Made by a program: the position numbers and the translations under genes
Notes under the pieces: model-generated
Databases searched by the model: none
Told to the model about the DNA's origin: nothing
The model's input: only the letters and a program-made list of their open reading frames with translations
Shown here: one piece after another, positions 1 through 9,454 of the stretch
How the letters are laid out: the number at the start of each line of letters is the position of its first letter
Position numbering within the stretch: the first letter of the stretch is position 1
Virus record (IMG/VR): IMGVR_UViG_3300042516_003452
Span: 1-64,000 of that record
DNA from: a virus
Length of the DNA: 64,000 bases
Direction: 5' to 3' (one strand)

Positions 1-692
1 CCGACTACACCTCTGGTTTGGCCCGTCGTCGTCTCACTATTCCTTTCGACCGTCCGTTCACGGGCGGGCCGAATGAACAAAAGGAGTTGATCAAGTTCAA
101 TTCCAAAGGTGAACCGCAAGGTGTCTTTGCTCCGCTGCTGCCAGGTCTGGTGAACTGGCTGCTGGACATGACGGAAGAAGAAATGCGTGACTACCTGATG
201 GAAACCGCCAAGAAGGTGAAGTTCTTCCAGAAGTACGAGCGCATGCAAACCCTGCGTTCCAACCCACTGCTGGATTGGATGGAACACAAGATCGTATTTG
301 ATCCAGGTATCAGCTCGGCTATTGGCTTCACGAAGAACGCACCGATGGGTTCGTCCTACATCTATGCCAACAAGGACAAGTGGTTGTATGCAAGCTATGC
401 AGAGTTCTGCCGTCAGTGCAACGTGGGTATCATGTCGCGTAACCGCTTTGAGCCGCTACTGATTGATATCTGTAAGCACCAGCTCAAGATCAACGCCTAT
501 GCAGTGCGCAATACCAAGGGGATGCGGATCGTGAACCTGGCGGTACGTGAATCGGATCCTAAGTATGAGGGTTGGCCTTCCATTGTGGAAGTAGCAGCTG
601 ATAAGGAAACGTACAAAGAGTTTTATGGGATGACACTACAGGCAGATGTTGATGCGAAAATGGAGGATGAACTGAAAATTCAAGATGTCTAA
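1..692 (+). CDS. D5/P4-family primase-helicase, C-terminal part (5' truncated)
   Basis: RRRLTIPF helicase tail and winged-helix-like LYASYAEFC...RNRF; frame open from window edge. Confidence 0.75.
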   Translation, partial: DYTSGLARRRLTIPFDRPFTGGPNEQKELIKFNSKGEPQGVFAPLLPGLVNWLLDMTEEEMRDYLMETAKKVKFFQKYERMQTLRSNPLLDWMEHKIVFDPGISSAIGFTKNAPMGSSYIYANKDKWLYASYAEFCRQCNVGIMSRNRFEPLLIDICKHQLKINAYAVRNTKGMRIVNLAVRESDPKYEGWPSIVEVAADKETYKEFYGMTLQADVDAKMEDELKIQDV

Positions 693-1044
693 TGGGCGGC
701 ACCTGATCCTGGACCTGTACGATTGCGACGCAGAAATCCTGGATAACTACGACTTGCTCTCGGAGTACCTGGAAACTGCGTTGCAAATGTCCAATGCAAC
801 CATTCTTCGGATCTTTGGTGAGAAGTTTCAGCCACAGGGTGTGACGTTGCTTGCGCTCTTGGCTGAATCCCATGCCAGTATTCACACCTGGCCAGAGCTT
901 GGCTATGCCGCCATCGACCTCTATACCTGCGGGGATACGACAAACACTCATAAAGCTGCTCAGTTCTTGCAGGCAAAGCTGAAGGCTAAAACTACAGAAG
1001 AGAAAGAGTTGTTGAGGTCCGTTACTCCTTCGGTTTGTGTATAG
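685..1044 (+). CDS. speD: S-adenosylmethionine decarboxylase proenzyme
   Basis: GRHLILDLYDC, FQPQGVT, LAESHASIHTWPE, DLYTCG motifs. Confidence 0.95.
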   Translation: MSNGRHLILDLYDCDAEILDNYDLLSEYLETALQMSNATILRIFGEKFQPQGVTLLALLAESHASIHTWPELGYAAIDLYTCGDTTNTHKAAQFLQAKLKAKTTEEKELLRSVTPSVCV

Positions 1045-1069
1045 TTAATCGAGAATAATTCGATTTACT

Positions 1070-2332
1070 GTGGACAAAAAACCAAAACTTTTATGGGTAG
1101 GTGACATTGTTGCCACCACCGGTTTTGCGCGTGTCACGCACAACGTTATTGATCGCCTCAAGGATAAGTACGAAATCGTAATCCTTGGTTGCAACTGGCA
1201 TGGTGACCCGGATCCCATCCAGCAACAATTCAAGATCTACCCAGCGTCCAATCGGTTCCAACAGGCGCCCTTTGGTGAGGAACGCATCCGTGAGATCGTT
1301 GAGCTGGAGAAGCCTGACGTTGTCTTCACAATTAACGATTGCTGGATCATCAATACGCAGTACGCACAGATTGCTGATATCCACCAAAAGGGTGCCTTCA
1401 AGTTTGTGGGTTACATGCCCATGGACTCCTACGGTTGGATTGGTGGCCTTGCTGATACCGCCAACATGTGGGACGCCATCGTTTCCTATACGGAATTTGG
1501 TGCGCACGAATTTATTAAAGGTGGCATCCAGAAGCCGATCAGTGTTGTGCCCCATGGGGTGACGGCTGGTCAGTTCAAGCCTGGTGACAAGCTGGAAGCA
1601 CGTAAGAAGCTGGGTCTCAAAGAAGACTCATTCATTGTGTTCAACGGAAATAGGAACCAGTTCCGCAAACGGATCGACATCACGATTGATGCCTTCGCTC
1701 GCTTCGCGGTTGATAAGCCTGATGCTCAGTTGTACCTGCATATGGGTACAAAGGATCAGGGCTGGGATGTGATGCCGGTCTTTGCTCGTGAAATGCAGAA
1801 GCGAGGTCTCGATCCCAACGGTCGCATCATCATGACTGCCAATTCCTCTGGTCCGCCGTCTGTACCTGTGGACATGCTGGAGACCATCTACCAGGCGGTT
1901 GATGTGGGCGTCAATACCTGCAAAGGGGAGGGCTGGGGACTTGTGAACTTTGAGCACGCAGCCTGCCGTGTGGCCCAGGTGGTGCCTGACCATACCTCCT
2001 GTAAAGAGATCTTTGAGGGCTACGGGCGTCTGATCCGTTGCGACCACGTTGATGTGGATACCAACTTTGCCCGTGAGATGCCCTGTCCTTCGGCTGAGCA
2101 CCTGGCTGAGATCCTCAACGAACTGTACGAGGACCGCGACAAGCTGGATGCCGTTGCTGAGTTGTGCTACATCCGCGTGACTGACGACCAATTCAACTGG
2201 GATACGGTCGCCGCTCAGTTTGATGGGGTGTTCCAGGAGGCATTGAACCCTCCCGAGCCTGAGGTGCTGGTGGAGCCTAAGAAAAAGAAAGGAAAAGCGA
2301 AGAAAGCAGCTAAGGAACTAGCAGCTGTGTAA
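1070..2332 (+). CDS. GT-B (family 4-like) glycosyltransferase
   Basis: TGFARV, NRNQFRKRID, GEGWGLVNFEHAA motifs. Confidence 0.9.
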   Translation: MDKKPKLLWVGDIVATTGFARVTHNVIDRLKDKYEIVILGCNWHGDPDPIQQQFKIYPASNRFQQAPFGEERIREIVELEKPDVVFTINDCWIINTQYAQIADIHQKGAFKFVGYMPMDSYGWIGGLADTANMWDAIVSYTEFGAHEFIKGGIQKPISVVPHGVTAGQFKPGDKLEARKKLGLKEDSFIVFNGNRNQFRKRIDITIDAFARFAVDKPDAQLYLHMGTKDQGWDVMPVFAREMQKRGLDPNGRIIMTANSSGPPSVPVDMLETIYQAVDVGVNTCKGEGWGLVNFEHAACRVAQVVPDHTSCKEIFEGYGRLIRCDHVDVDTNFAREMPCPSAEHLAEILNELYEDRDKLDAVAELCYIRVTDDQFNWDTVAAQFDGVFQEALNPPEPEVLVEPKKKKGKAKKAAKELAAV

Positions 2333-2362
2333 GCTCTGAACGGTCGATACGCATGGGGACCG

Positions 2363-2392
2363 GGCCTCCTGTCAGCGCAGGGGGCTTTTTTG
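2363..2392 (+). terminator. Intrinsic terminator
   Basis: GC-rich stem GCCTCCTG/CAGGGGGC followed by T6 just after the GT stop. Confidence 0.7.
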
Positions 2393-2658
2393 TACGTACT
2401 CATTCTCAGGTCAAGACTTAGGTGAGGTGGGTTGGAGTCGGACTTTAGTGCAAAAACAGTGCTTTAGTGGATTTCTAAACCCTCTATGGCCTAAATAACA
2501 CTATGGATCAAAGTGTCATTTCTTAGGTTGAGTCCAAGAGTGAGACATTACACTTTCCTTCAAAGTGTCATTTAGCCTAATAAAGGAATAGAAATAAAGT
2601 AAAGTCCCAAAAGTCCGCCCTAAACCCATGGTATAGTACACATTTCCACCTGAATTCC

Positions 2659-3045
2659 ATGGCACGTCAGTACAAACCCATGCCTCCGCTCCCAGAACTG
2701 GAGGAAAAACTCAAGCTTTCAGACACCCATCCCAGTGGTTTGGAGTGGGTCGAGACCAATGGCCACCACGCTGCTGGTGAGATGGCTGGATTCCTGGAGC
2801 ACCAACGCCGTTATTACGTTGTGTCTATTAAGGGCACGAGGTACCACGCCCACCGTCTCGTGTACTACTTACGTACTGGCAAGGACCCAGGGAACGCGGA
2901 TGTGCTGCGGCCCGAATCGCCGAAGGACGAGAAACCCGGTGAGATGGTCCTGGAACAACGCAAAGACCGTAAGCAACCAGCTCGTCGCAACCGTCGTAAA
3001 TCGGACTGGTATTACGACTTCAATCTCGAACCACTTGATTCTTGA
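2659..3045 (+). CDS. HNH_3-like protein, probably degenerate
   Basis: YYVVSIKG..YHAHRLVYYLRTG resembles an HNH homing-nuclease N-half; no clear DH..N motif. Confidence 0.55.
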   Translation: MARQYKPMPPLPELEEKLKLSDTHPSGLEWVETNGHHAAGEMAGFLEHQRRYYVVSIKGTRYHAHRLVYYLRTGKDPGNADVLRPESPKDEKPGEMVLEQRKDRKQPARRNRRKSDWYYDFNLEPLDS

Positions 3046-3046
3046 C

Positions 3047-3700
3047 ATGGCCAACCTGATCGATTCGGTACCAGCTCAGTTCCGTCACGTTGACGGCATT
3101 GAGAAACTTCCAGAAGCACGTCTCAATGAGCTTGGCTACTACCGGGGGTTCCCATGCCCCCATAACCACACCATCCGTGACTCCACCCACCATTGGTGCT
3201 ACGAGTGTGCAAAGAAGATCCTCAGTAACGTCTGTGGGTTTGACATCAACTACTTGCATGCCGACTACAAACACAAGTACGCCAAACTCTGGGCACAAGT
3301 CAACGTCACCTTCCCTGACGAATGCTGGGACATCAGGACGACACCTAAACGTGTTTGCCTTCCGTCCTACCGATCTGAGTACAGCAAACAAAAATCGGAA
3401 AACGTCAACATACACAAAGCCATTTACCAGTGCGCTTGGGGTGATGTCGGCACCATGGTTGTGACACGTTTATGCGGAAATAAGAAGTGCTGCAACCCAC
3501 TGCACATGGTCTCCAGCTTCAACCGGAGCTATCCACCCAAAACGATTGTTCCTTGTGAACTTCAGTTCCAAGCTGAAAAGTTAATGCTGTACAGCCAGGG
3601 GTTGAAGCAGGATGTGATTGAAACCATTGTTCGTAAAACCCACAAGAACCCTATTGCTAACCCTGAATTCGTCAAAGCTCGCCCCGAGTACAATGAATAA
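3047..3700 (+). CDS. Cys/His-rich protein with HNH zinc-binding-loop-like C-terminus
   Basis: CPHNH..CYEC and RLCGNKKCCNPLH; ATG 1 nt after upstream stop. Confidence 0.6.
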   Translation: MANLIDSVPAQFRHVDGIEKLPEARLNELGYYRGFPCPHNHTIRDSTHHWCYECAKKILSNVCGFDINYLHADYKHKYAKLWAQVNVTFPDECWDIRTTPKRVCLPSYRSEYSKQKSENVNIHKAIYQCAWGDVGTMVVTRLCGNKKCCNPLHMVSSFNRSYPPKTIVPCELQFQAEKLMLYSQGLKQDVIETIVRKTHKNPIANPEFVKARPEYNE

Positions 3701-3720
3701 ACAGGGATTGTTGGGTAGAA

Positions 3721-4638
3721 GTGTCTAGGGTTTCTAACCAAAAAAGTCAACGTCAACGATCAAAAGAAAATCCATTAGTACTTGGTACTTTTGGAGAACT
3801 TGCCCTGCGTTATTTAACGGGAACTCTTGGCCCTGTTAACCAGGTTGAACTTAATGGTTACGGTGGTGGCACTTATAACCACTGGTTTCAAATCAATATC
3901 ACACGTCCGGCTTGGATTATTGTTACCAAGGGTGGGCCAAGACCTAATTACATTCAAACGTCTGTCTACGACTTAAATCACGCACCTGTTAACGGCCTTC
4001 CCATCTTTCAGGCTGATTCTGTTCTTGGCGGCAGAAGCCTAACGACAGGAGAAATTTATATTCCGTATCTGGATACTGTCATGAGTACCCAGTCGGATCT
4101 TTATAACTCATTTGATCGCATCCGACTGGATCGTGGTGATGACCGTTACTATCCATTGGCAGAAGGAAGCTATCTTCTTTGTGTTTCATCAACACGCAAC
4201 GAACGTCTTGATTATTCCGTTGGAGTTGTTGTTGAGTTTGCTCAGGCCGAGCTTTACTTGGCACTGGAAGATTTTACGCTTTATCTCCAGGAAACAACAG
4301 TTGATCCTGTGACAACAGTAACAGTTGATTCGCCTGTTACAGTCGATACGATTATTTCCAGTGAACCAGGTAGACCCAATGGTTTTACTCAAACTCTTTG
4401 TGAAATCAACTCTGGCGTTACTGTCACAATTTTAGACGGGTCTGAGTGGTTGATTGGCGAGCAATCAGGTAGTGGCACTGACGTTGCCAATGATTACTTC
4501 CTGCTTGAGTTTGGAGAAGGATACTTGGAGACTATTCATGACCATACACTGTCAGAATGGAGGGACGCCTGGATCGCACAACATCATCAAGATGATCGCT
4601 TCCCGGATTTGTTTATTCCATTGACGAATAGACCATGA
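3721..4638 (+). CDS. Hypothetical protein (possibly virion-associated)
   Basis: 305-aa ORF, beta-rich composition. Confidence 0.6.
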   Translation: MSRVSNQKSQRQRSKENPLVLGTFGELALRYLTGTLGPVNQVELNGYGGGTYNHWFQINITRPAWIIVTKGGPRPNYIQTSVYDLNHAPVNGLPIFQADSVLGGRSLTTGEIYIPYLDTVMSTQSDLYNSFDRIRLDRGDDRYYPLAEGSYLLCVSSTRNERLDYSVGVVVEFAQAELYLALEDFTLYLQETTVDPVTTVTVDSPVTVDTIISSEPGRPNGFTQTLCEINSGVTVTILDGSEWLIGEQSGSGTDVANDYFLLEFGEGYLETIHDHTLSEWRDAWIAQHHQDDRFPDLFIPLTNRP

Positions 4639-4748
4639 TTAAAACTTTCTTGTCTTTGTTTAAAAAACAAAGCACGCCTACTGTGGCTTGGGAGCGTTAT
4701 TGTAAAAAGAATCCAAGTGCTCCTTGCTGCCGTATTTATGATGTCTGA
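4635..4748 (+). CDS. CP12 C-terminal-motif microprotein (37 aa)
   Basis: Manual translation MIKTFLSLFKKQSTPTVAWERYCKKNPSAPCCRIYDV; ATGA overlap with upstream stop. Confidence 0.65.
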   Translation: MIKTFLSLFKKQSTPTVAWERYCKKNPSAPCCRIYDV

Positions 4749-4869
4749 AGACGATCAAAAGAACACCAAAGAAGAAACCAAATACAAAAGTCCAAATATT
4801 ACAGAAGCTACCGAAAAAGATTGGGAAGATTTCTTCTCAGTGCAAGAAGAAAATATATTCGACCGTTAG
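4741..4869 (+). CDS. Small acidic protein (42 aa)
   Basis: MSEDDQK...DWEDFFSVQEENIFDR, overlaps previous stop. Confidence 0.5.
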   Translation: MSEDDQKNTKEETKYKSPNITEATEKDWEDFFSVQEENIFDR

Positions 4870-4893
4870 AATACAAGAAACGGGAATATACCC

Positions 4894-5058
4894 ATGGACC
4901 ACCTTAACCAGTATCTCGAAGTTGCTCTGGCTATTCATGCCGCAGCATCTGCCATTTGTGCTTTAACTCCCACGCCTAAAGATGACAATCTTGTAGGTAA
5001 GCTCTACAAGCTGATTGAAATCGCAGCCCTTGTTGTCGGTCGCGCCAAGCAGCGCTGA
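4894..5058 (+). CDS. Small hydrophobic protein, holin-like (54 aa)
   Basis: MDHLNQYLEVALAIHAAASAICALTPTPKDD...; next to endolysin; TAGAAT upstream. Confidence 0.6.
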   Translation: MDHLNQYLEVALAIHAAASAICALTPTPKDDNLVGKLYKLIEIAALVVGRAKQR

Positions 5059-5220
5059 TCAATCAGGTAACGCTTGAAACCAGAAGACAACACCACCCTG
5101 TTCTTCTACCCAATCACGAGTTGCAAGTGCGTTGTTCTTATGTAGAGTAACGCATTTTTTTTCGCCGTTAACTTCCCAGCACATGTTGACACGAATGTGC
5201 GGATCTTTTTTGCATTTCAT
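5059..5220 (-). CDS. Small hypothetical protein
   Basis: ATGA-coupled to endolysin stop. Confidence 0.55.
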   Translation of the reverse strand: MKCKKDPHIRVNMCWEVNGEKKCVTLHKNNALATRDWVEEQGGVVFWFQALPD

Positions 5221-6323
5221 TTCGACACAAGAATCGCCCAGCCTGTGTTCTTCCCGTCGCATTCCCAGCGCCTGAGCCAGTTCTTACGGCTGTACTGTAC
5301 TGCAGTGCCTCGCTTGCGATCATTGCTGACATAACCACCACTGACCATGTCGGCCTCCCCGTTGGGATCATGGAAGACAAAAGAAGTTGGCGTAAAACCA
5401 ATGCAGCAGGTCCAGTGGCCACCACCTGTTGGATAAGAAACACTGCCTTTGTGTAACCAGCCGACTGCTACAGGCCTGCCGTTACGAATTTCATTTTCTA
5501 GTAACGCAGCATTGCCGTTGGTCACAAACCTGGCTACGAGTCCCAGGCTGCGTAGTGCTGCTAACTGGGCGTCTTTACTTGTTGTATCGCCGTATTTCGC
5601 ACGTATTTTGGAGTATTCGTCATCATTTTTAACCTTACCGTAATAGCGCGCGATCATGGCACACGTTGACGAGAAGCATTCGCGGTACCCAGTGCCAGAT
5701 TGATTATCCAGCTGATACTCATAAGGCACTGGAAGAATTTTCTGAGCTTCAGTCGTTGGAACTGAGCCACCTGGCGTACCAAGTTGACGGTCGAGGATCT
5801 GTATTAATTTTGTACTATAGTCTGGATCCGTAGCATAACCTTCTTTTACTAATAGCTGGCAACACTCATTGCGATTGCTAGCCCTGTTAACGCCTTTGTA
5901 TTTACCAAAGTCTTTGTACCAGCGATCAACCAGGTAAACAATGCAGGTTTCTAAATCAGGAAAATCAATGAAACTTGCGGTGATTGTAATCCACTGACCG
6001 TTGACAAACTCCTTGGTGCTAACAGCGCTACCACTTCCCTTCAGGCCAAATGCGTTCCAGGTACCAGAAAAATGTTTGCCCCAGCCTGACTCGAGTGCCC
6101 ATTGTGCACAAACACATTCAGGAAATTTAGCTCCAGCTTGTTTAGCCGCAGCGTACACACCATCCCAGTTATTGATGTCCTTGGAAGTCGGTTGGGTTCG
6201 GTAACGATTACCAAACTCATCTAATACAGACTTGGGAACAGCTGTTTGTAGCCATTCCCAAGCCTCTCGCTGGTGCGGAAGATCTTTAAAAAACTTTGCC
6301 GCATCAACGAGTTGTATTGTCAT
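5217..6323 (-). CDS. Endolysin: GH73 glucosaminidase plus C39-like peptidase
   Basis: AQWALESGWG, NAFGLKG, GYATDPDY; ECFSSTCAM...GGHW...DP. Confidence 0.88.
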   Translation of the reverse strand: MTIQLVDAAKFFKDLPHQREAWEWLQTAVPKSVLDEFGNRYRTQPTSKDINNWDGVYAAAKQAGAKFPECVCAQWALESGWGKHFSGTWNAFGLKGSGSAVSTKEFVNGQWITITASFIDFPDLETCIVYLVDRWYKDFGKYKGVNRASNRNECCQLLVKEGYATDPDYSTKLIQILDRQLGTPGGSVPTTEAQKILPVPYEYQLDNQSGTGYRECFSSTCAMIARYYGKVKNDDEYSKIRAKYGDTTSKDAQLAALRSLGLVARFVTNGNAALLENEIRNGRPVAVGWLHKGSVSYPTGGGHWTCCIGFTPTSFVFHDPNGEADMVSGGYVSNDRKRGTAVQYSRKNWLRRWECDGKNTGWAILVSK

Positions 6324-6328
6324 TGTCC

Positions 6329-6724
6329 TTAGGCAGGATCAGGAATTTCAACCCAAGATTCAGTTGCTTCATCCCACTCGTAACGCTTGCCGTCAGTGGG
6401 GTAAGGAACCGGGGGATCCCAAAGGCCGGTATTGGTATTCAACAACCAGGAAGGATAGGGCTTGGGAGGAATAAACCCATCAATCACATCGTCATATGTG
6501 TAGCCAAGGCCAGCGTAGTTTTTACGGAAGGCTTTGGACTGGTCAGGGTCTGGCTCGTTGGTATTGGGTGTGTAGTACACACCACCACGAGTGTTGTAGC
6601 TGGTTTGTTTGTAGACCTGACCAGTGCGAGCACTCAACTCGGCCTCTTTACCGTCGTCTTCATCACGACCAACGGTAACAAAAGTGACGATATTGTTCTC
6701 GTCGAGAAGTGCGAAGTGTGCCAT
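6329..6724 (-). CDS. Tail fibre-associated (chaperone-like) protein
   Basis: MAHFALLDENNIV, KQTSYN, FRKNYAG, FIPPKPYPSW typical of genes following Gly-rich fibres. Confidence 0.7.
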   Translation of the reverse strand: MAHFALLDENNIVTFVTVGRDEDDGKEAELSARTGQVYKQTSYNTRGGVYYTPNTNEPDPDQSKAFRKNYAGLGYTYDDVIDGFIPPKPYPSWLLNTNTGLWDPPVPYPTDGKRYEWDEATESWVEIPDPA

Positions 6725-9453
6725 TAGGAGAACGTTACGGTTTCAGATGTTGTGGACGTTGCAGTAACAGTATAAATCTTATACCCTGCAACAGCTGTAG
6801 ACAGTGAGCTGGTAACACCAACAGAGAATGTAACAGTAATGGTATCAGGAACCTTAATAATCACAATACCGGATCCTCCAGCGCCACCAGCGCCACCATC
6901 ACCGCCGCCGCCACCGCCACCGCCGCCGCGATTAGCCGTACCAGCTCCCCCCGTAACACCATTGTTTGGGCCTGTCTCACCTGCACCGCCCGCGCCACCA
7001 CCACCAGATCCGGCTGAGCCGCCTGTTTTGCTGCCGCCACTGCCGCCACCGCCGCCGCCGCCGCCGCCATAAGTGACAGAAGACCCAGATAAAGAGGAAG
7101 CCGCACCGGTACCGCCAGCGCCACCGCCGCTAGATGAAGCGTTTCCGCCTACACCGCCAGCGCCACCGCCGCCGCCGGAACCTGTGGTGTAAAGATCACT
7201 GGAGCCACCAGAGTAACCTTCGACTGGTGAATAACCACCCTGGTTGCCTGCACCACCGGCTGCGCTAACGCCTCCAGGGCCACAACTTCCGCCTGCACCA
7301 GATCCACCAGTACCACCTTGCCCTTCGTAGCTACCTACAGCACGTCCGCCACCAGTAGAAGTAACAGTAGAGAAGACAGAATTACTGCCTTTGCTGCCAG
7401 GGGATCCACCAGAAGGGCCATCGACGATACCGCCTGCGCCACCAGCGCCAACCGTAAGTGCGTACGTCCCAGCACTAAAGGAACCTGTACTAGTCCTATA
7501 GCCGCCAGCGCCACCACCGCCACCACCTGCGTATGAGCCGCTGCTTGCTGTTCCACCGCCGCCACCGCCGCCAGCAACAACAAGGTAATCAACAGTAATA
7601 ACTTCTGTAAACGTTACTGTTTCACTGGTGGTAGAAGTAGCAGTAACGGTATAAACGTTGTATCCAGATACAGCAGTTGAAACAGTACTTGTTACACCAC
7701 CAGAGAACGTAGCAGCATAAGTGTCAGGAATCTTGATGATGACAACACCAGAGCCTCCAGCACCACCGTTTGTATTGGAGCCTTCTCCACCGCCACCGCC
7801 TCCTGTATTGGCCGTTCCTGCTGTAGCCCTTGTTCCACCAGGTAAAGGGCTGTTATTAGCGCCACCGCCAGTACCGCCGCCGCCAGTACCGCCGGGTCCC
7901 CCAACGGAAAGAGTATAACTACCACCTCCACCACCGCCTGCTCTGGTAACAGAACTACCAGTAATGGAAGAAGCTACACCATTACCACCTGGAGCTGCTG
8001 GTGCTGCTGGACTGCCGCTGTTAACAGCATTTCCACCCGCTTGACCAGCGCCACCGCCACCGCCACCAATGTAGTTTGCACCATAAAGACCGCTCCTATC
8101 GCCACCGGGGTAACCTTGATTTGCAGTGCCTGCGCCACCAAGAACTGTTGAGCCACTACCTGAATCTCCACCACCACCACCGGAACCGCCGGCACCACCA
8201 GCAAGACCAATAGGATTATTGTAAGTTCCACCAAAACCACCACCTTCTGATGTGATGGTAGCCAATACGCTATTACTGCCTTTATTACCGACCGCTCCGT
8301 TGTTACCTGCTGCCCCACCAGCGCCAACAGTAACTGTATAAGTAGTGCCTATATATAAAGAAAGAGAACTCTCGGCAGATGCACCACCACCAGAAGGTCC
8401 GGCAGAAGTGCGGTAGCCACCTGCACCGCCGCCACCAGCTTGGTATCCGCCGCCACCACCACCGCCACCTGCAATAACCAGGTAGTCAGCACTAAAAGTA
8501 ACAGCCTCACTAAACGTTACTGTTTCACTGGTAGTAGAAGTAGCGGTAACTGTATAAACCCTGTATCCAGATACAGCAGTTGAAACAGTACTTGTTACGC
8601 CACCAGAAAACGTAGCAATATAAGTGTCGGGAATCTTGATGATGACTACACCGGAACCGCCTGCACCTGAAGTACGAGCGCTGTCTCCACCAGTACCACC
8701 GCCACCTCCGCCAGTATTTGCGGTACCGGCAGAGCCATTGGAGTTTTGACCACCGTTACCGCCGCCGCCAGAACCGCCAGTCCCTCCAGCTAAAGGAGCT
8801 GGTCCTAAATTGTTTTTACCGCCACCGCCACCACCTGCCCTGGTTACAGAAGATCCAGTAATAGAAGACGCAACACCTGGGCCGCCATTACCACCAACTG
8901 AAGCAGTGCCATTTTGGCCGACGCCACCAGCACCGCCGCCACCGCCAGCTCCATAGCCTTGTCCAAGTAGATAACCGTTTCCACCCGCATAGCCTTGGTT
9001 GGCAGTACCGGCTGCACCTGGAGCATTACCAGGAGAACCACTACCACCGCCGGCACCGCCGCCACCACCGGAACCACCAGTTGCAGCAGGAAGATTAGGG
9101 ATGTCACTTGCAGCACCGCCACCTCCGCCAGTTGATGAAATGGTTGCAAGTACAGAATTACTTCCATTTGTACCAACGGCATTACTGGTTACAGCAGCAC
9201 CGCCGGCACCAACAGTAACTGTATAAGCAATCCCTGTGGTTAAAGAAAGACTAGGTTCAGCAGACGCACCACCACCAGAAGGACCTGCAGAAGTGCGATA
9301 ACCACCAGCACCGCCACCGCCACCGTCTCCGTTATTCGCATCACATGAACCACCTGCACCGCCACCTGCAATAACCAGGTAATCAACAGTTAATGGGACA
9401 GCAGGGCTCGTGCCAGCACTTGGAATACCAAGCAGCATCTGGAGGAATGACAT
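6724..9453 (-). CDS. Glycine-rich tail fibre/receptor-binding protein with three tandem modules
   Basis: Three DYLV(I/V)AGGG...GGSG(V/I)VIIK(I/V)PD...TATSTTSETVTF modules. Confidence 0.8.
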   Translation of the reverse strand: MSFLQMLLGIPSAGTSPAVPLTVDYLVIAGGGAGGSCDANNGDGGGGGAGGYRTSAGPSGGGASAEPSLSLTTGIAYTVTVGAGGAAVTSNAVGTNGSNSVLATISSTGGGGGAASDIPNLPAATGGSGGGGGAGGGSGSPGNAPGAAGTANQGYAGGNGYLLGQGYGAGGGGGAGGVGQNGTASVGGNGGPGVASSITGSSVTRAGGGGGGKNNLGPAPLAGGTGGSGGGGNGGQNSNGSAGTANTGGGGGGTGGDSARTSGAGGSGVVIIKIPDTYIATFSGGVTSTVSTAVSGYRVYTVTATSTTSETVTFSEAVTFSADYLVIAGGGGGGGGYQAGGGGAGGYRTSAGPSGGGASAESSLSLYIGTTYTVTVGAGGAAGNNGAVGNKGSNSVLATITSEGGGFGGTYNNPIGLAGGAGGSGGGGGDSGSGSTVLGGAGTANQGYPGGDRSGLYGANYIGGGGGGAGQAGGNAVNSGSPAAPAAPGGNGVASSITGSSVTRAGGGGGGSYTLSVGGPGGTGGGGTGGGANNSPLPGGTRATAGTANTGGGGGGEGSNTNGGAGGSGVVIIKIPDTYAATFSGGVTSTVSTAVSGYNVYTVTATSTTSETVTFTEVITVDYLVVAGGGGGGGTASSGSYAGGGGGGAGGYRTSTGSFSAGTYALTVGAGGAGGIVDGPSGGSPGSKGSNSVFSTVTSTGGGRAVGSYEGQGGTGGSGAGGSCGPGGVSAAGGAGNQGGYSPVEGYSGGSSDLYTTGSGGGGGAGGVGGNASSSGGGAGGTGAASSLSGSSVTYGGGGGGGGGSGGSKTGGSAGSGGGGAGGAGETGPNNGVTGGAGTANRGGGGGGGGGDGGAGGAGGSGIVIIKVPDTITVTFSVGVTSSLSTAVAGYKIYTVTATSTTSETVTFS
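7608..7743. repeat. About 135-bp near-identical direct repeat, copy 1
   Basis: Matches 8511-8646. Confidence 0.85.
8511..8646. repeat. About 135-bp near-identical direct repeat, copy 2
   Basis: Matches 7608-7743. Confidence 0.85.
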
Positions 9454-9454
9454 A

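Noticed and set aside
2735-3046. 5' extension of the 321-aa ORF
   Set aside because: Overlaps the HNH-like gene and looks non-coding; the ATG at 3047 fits better.
6839-9226. Pro-rich + strand ORFs and CCG/CCA microrepeats
   Set aside because: Reverse complement of poly-Gly codons.
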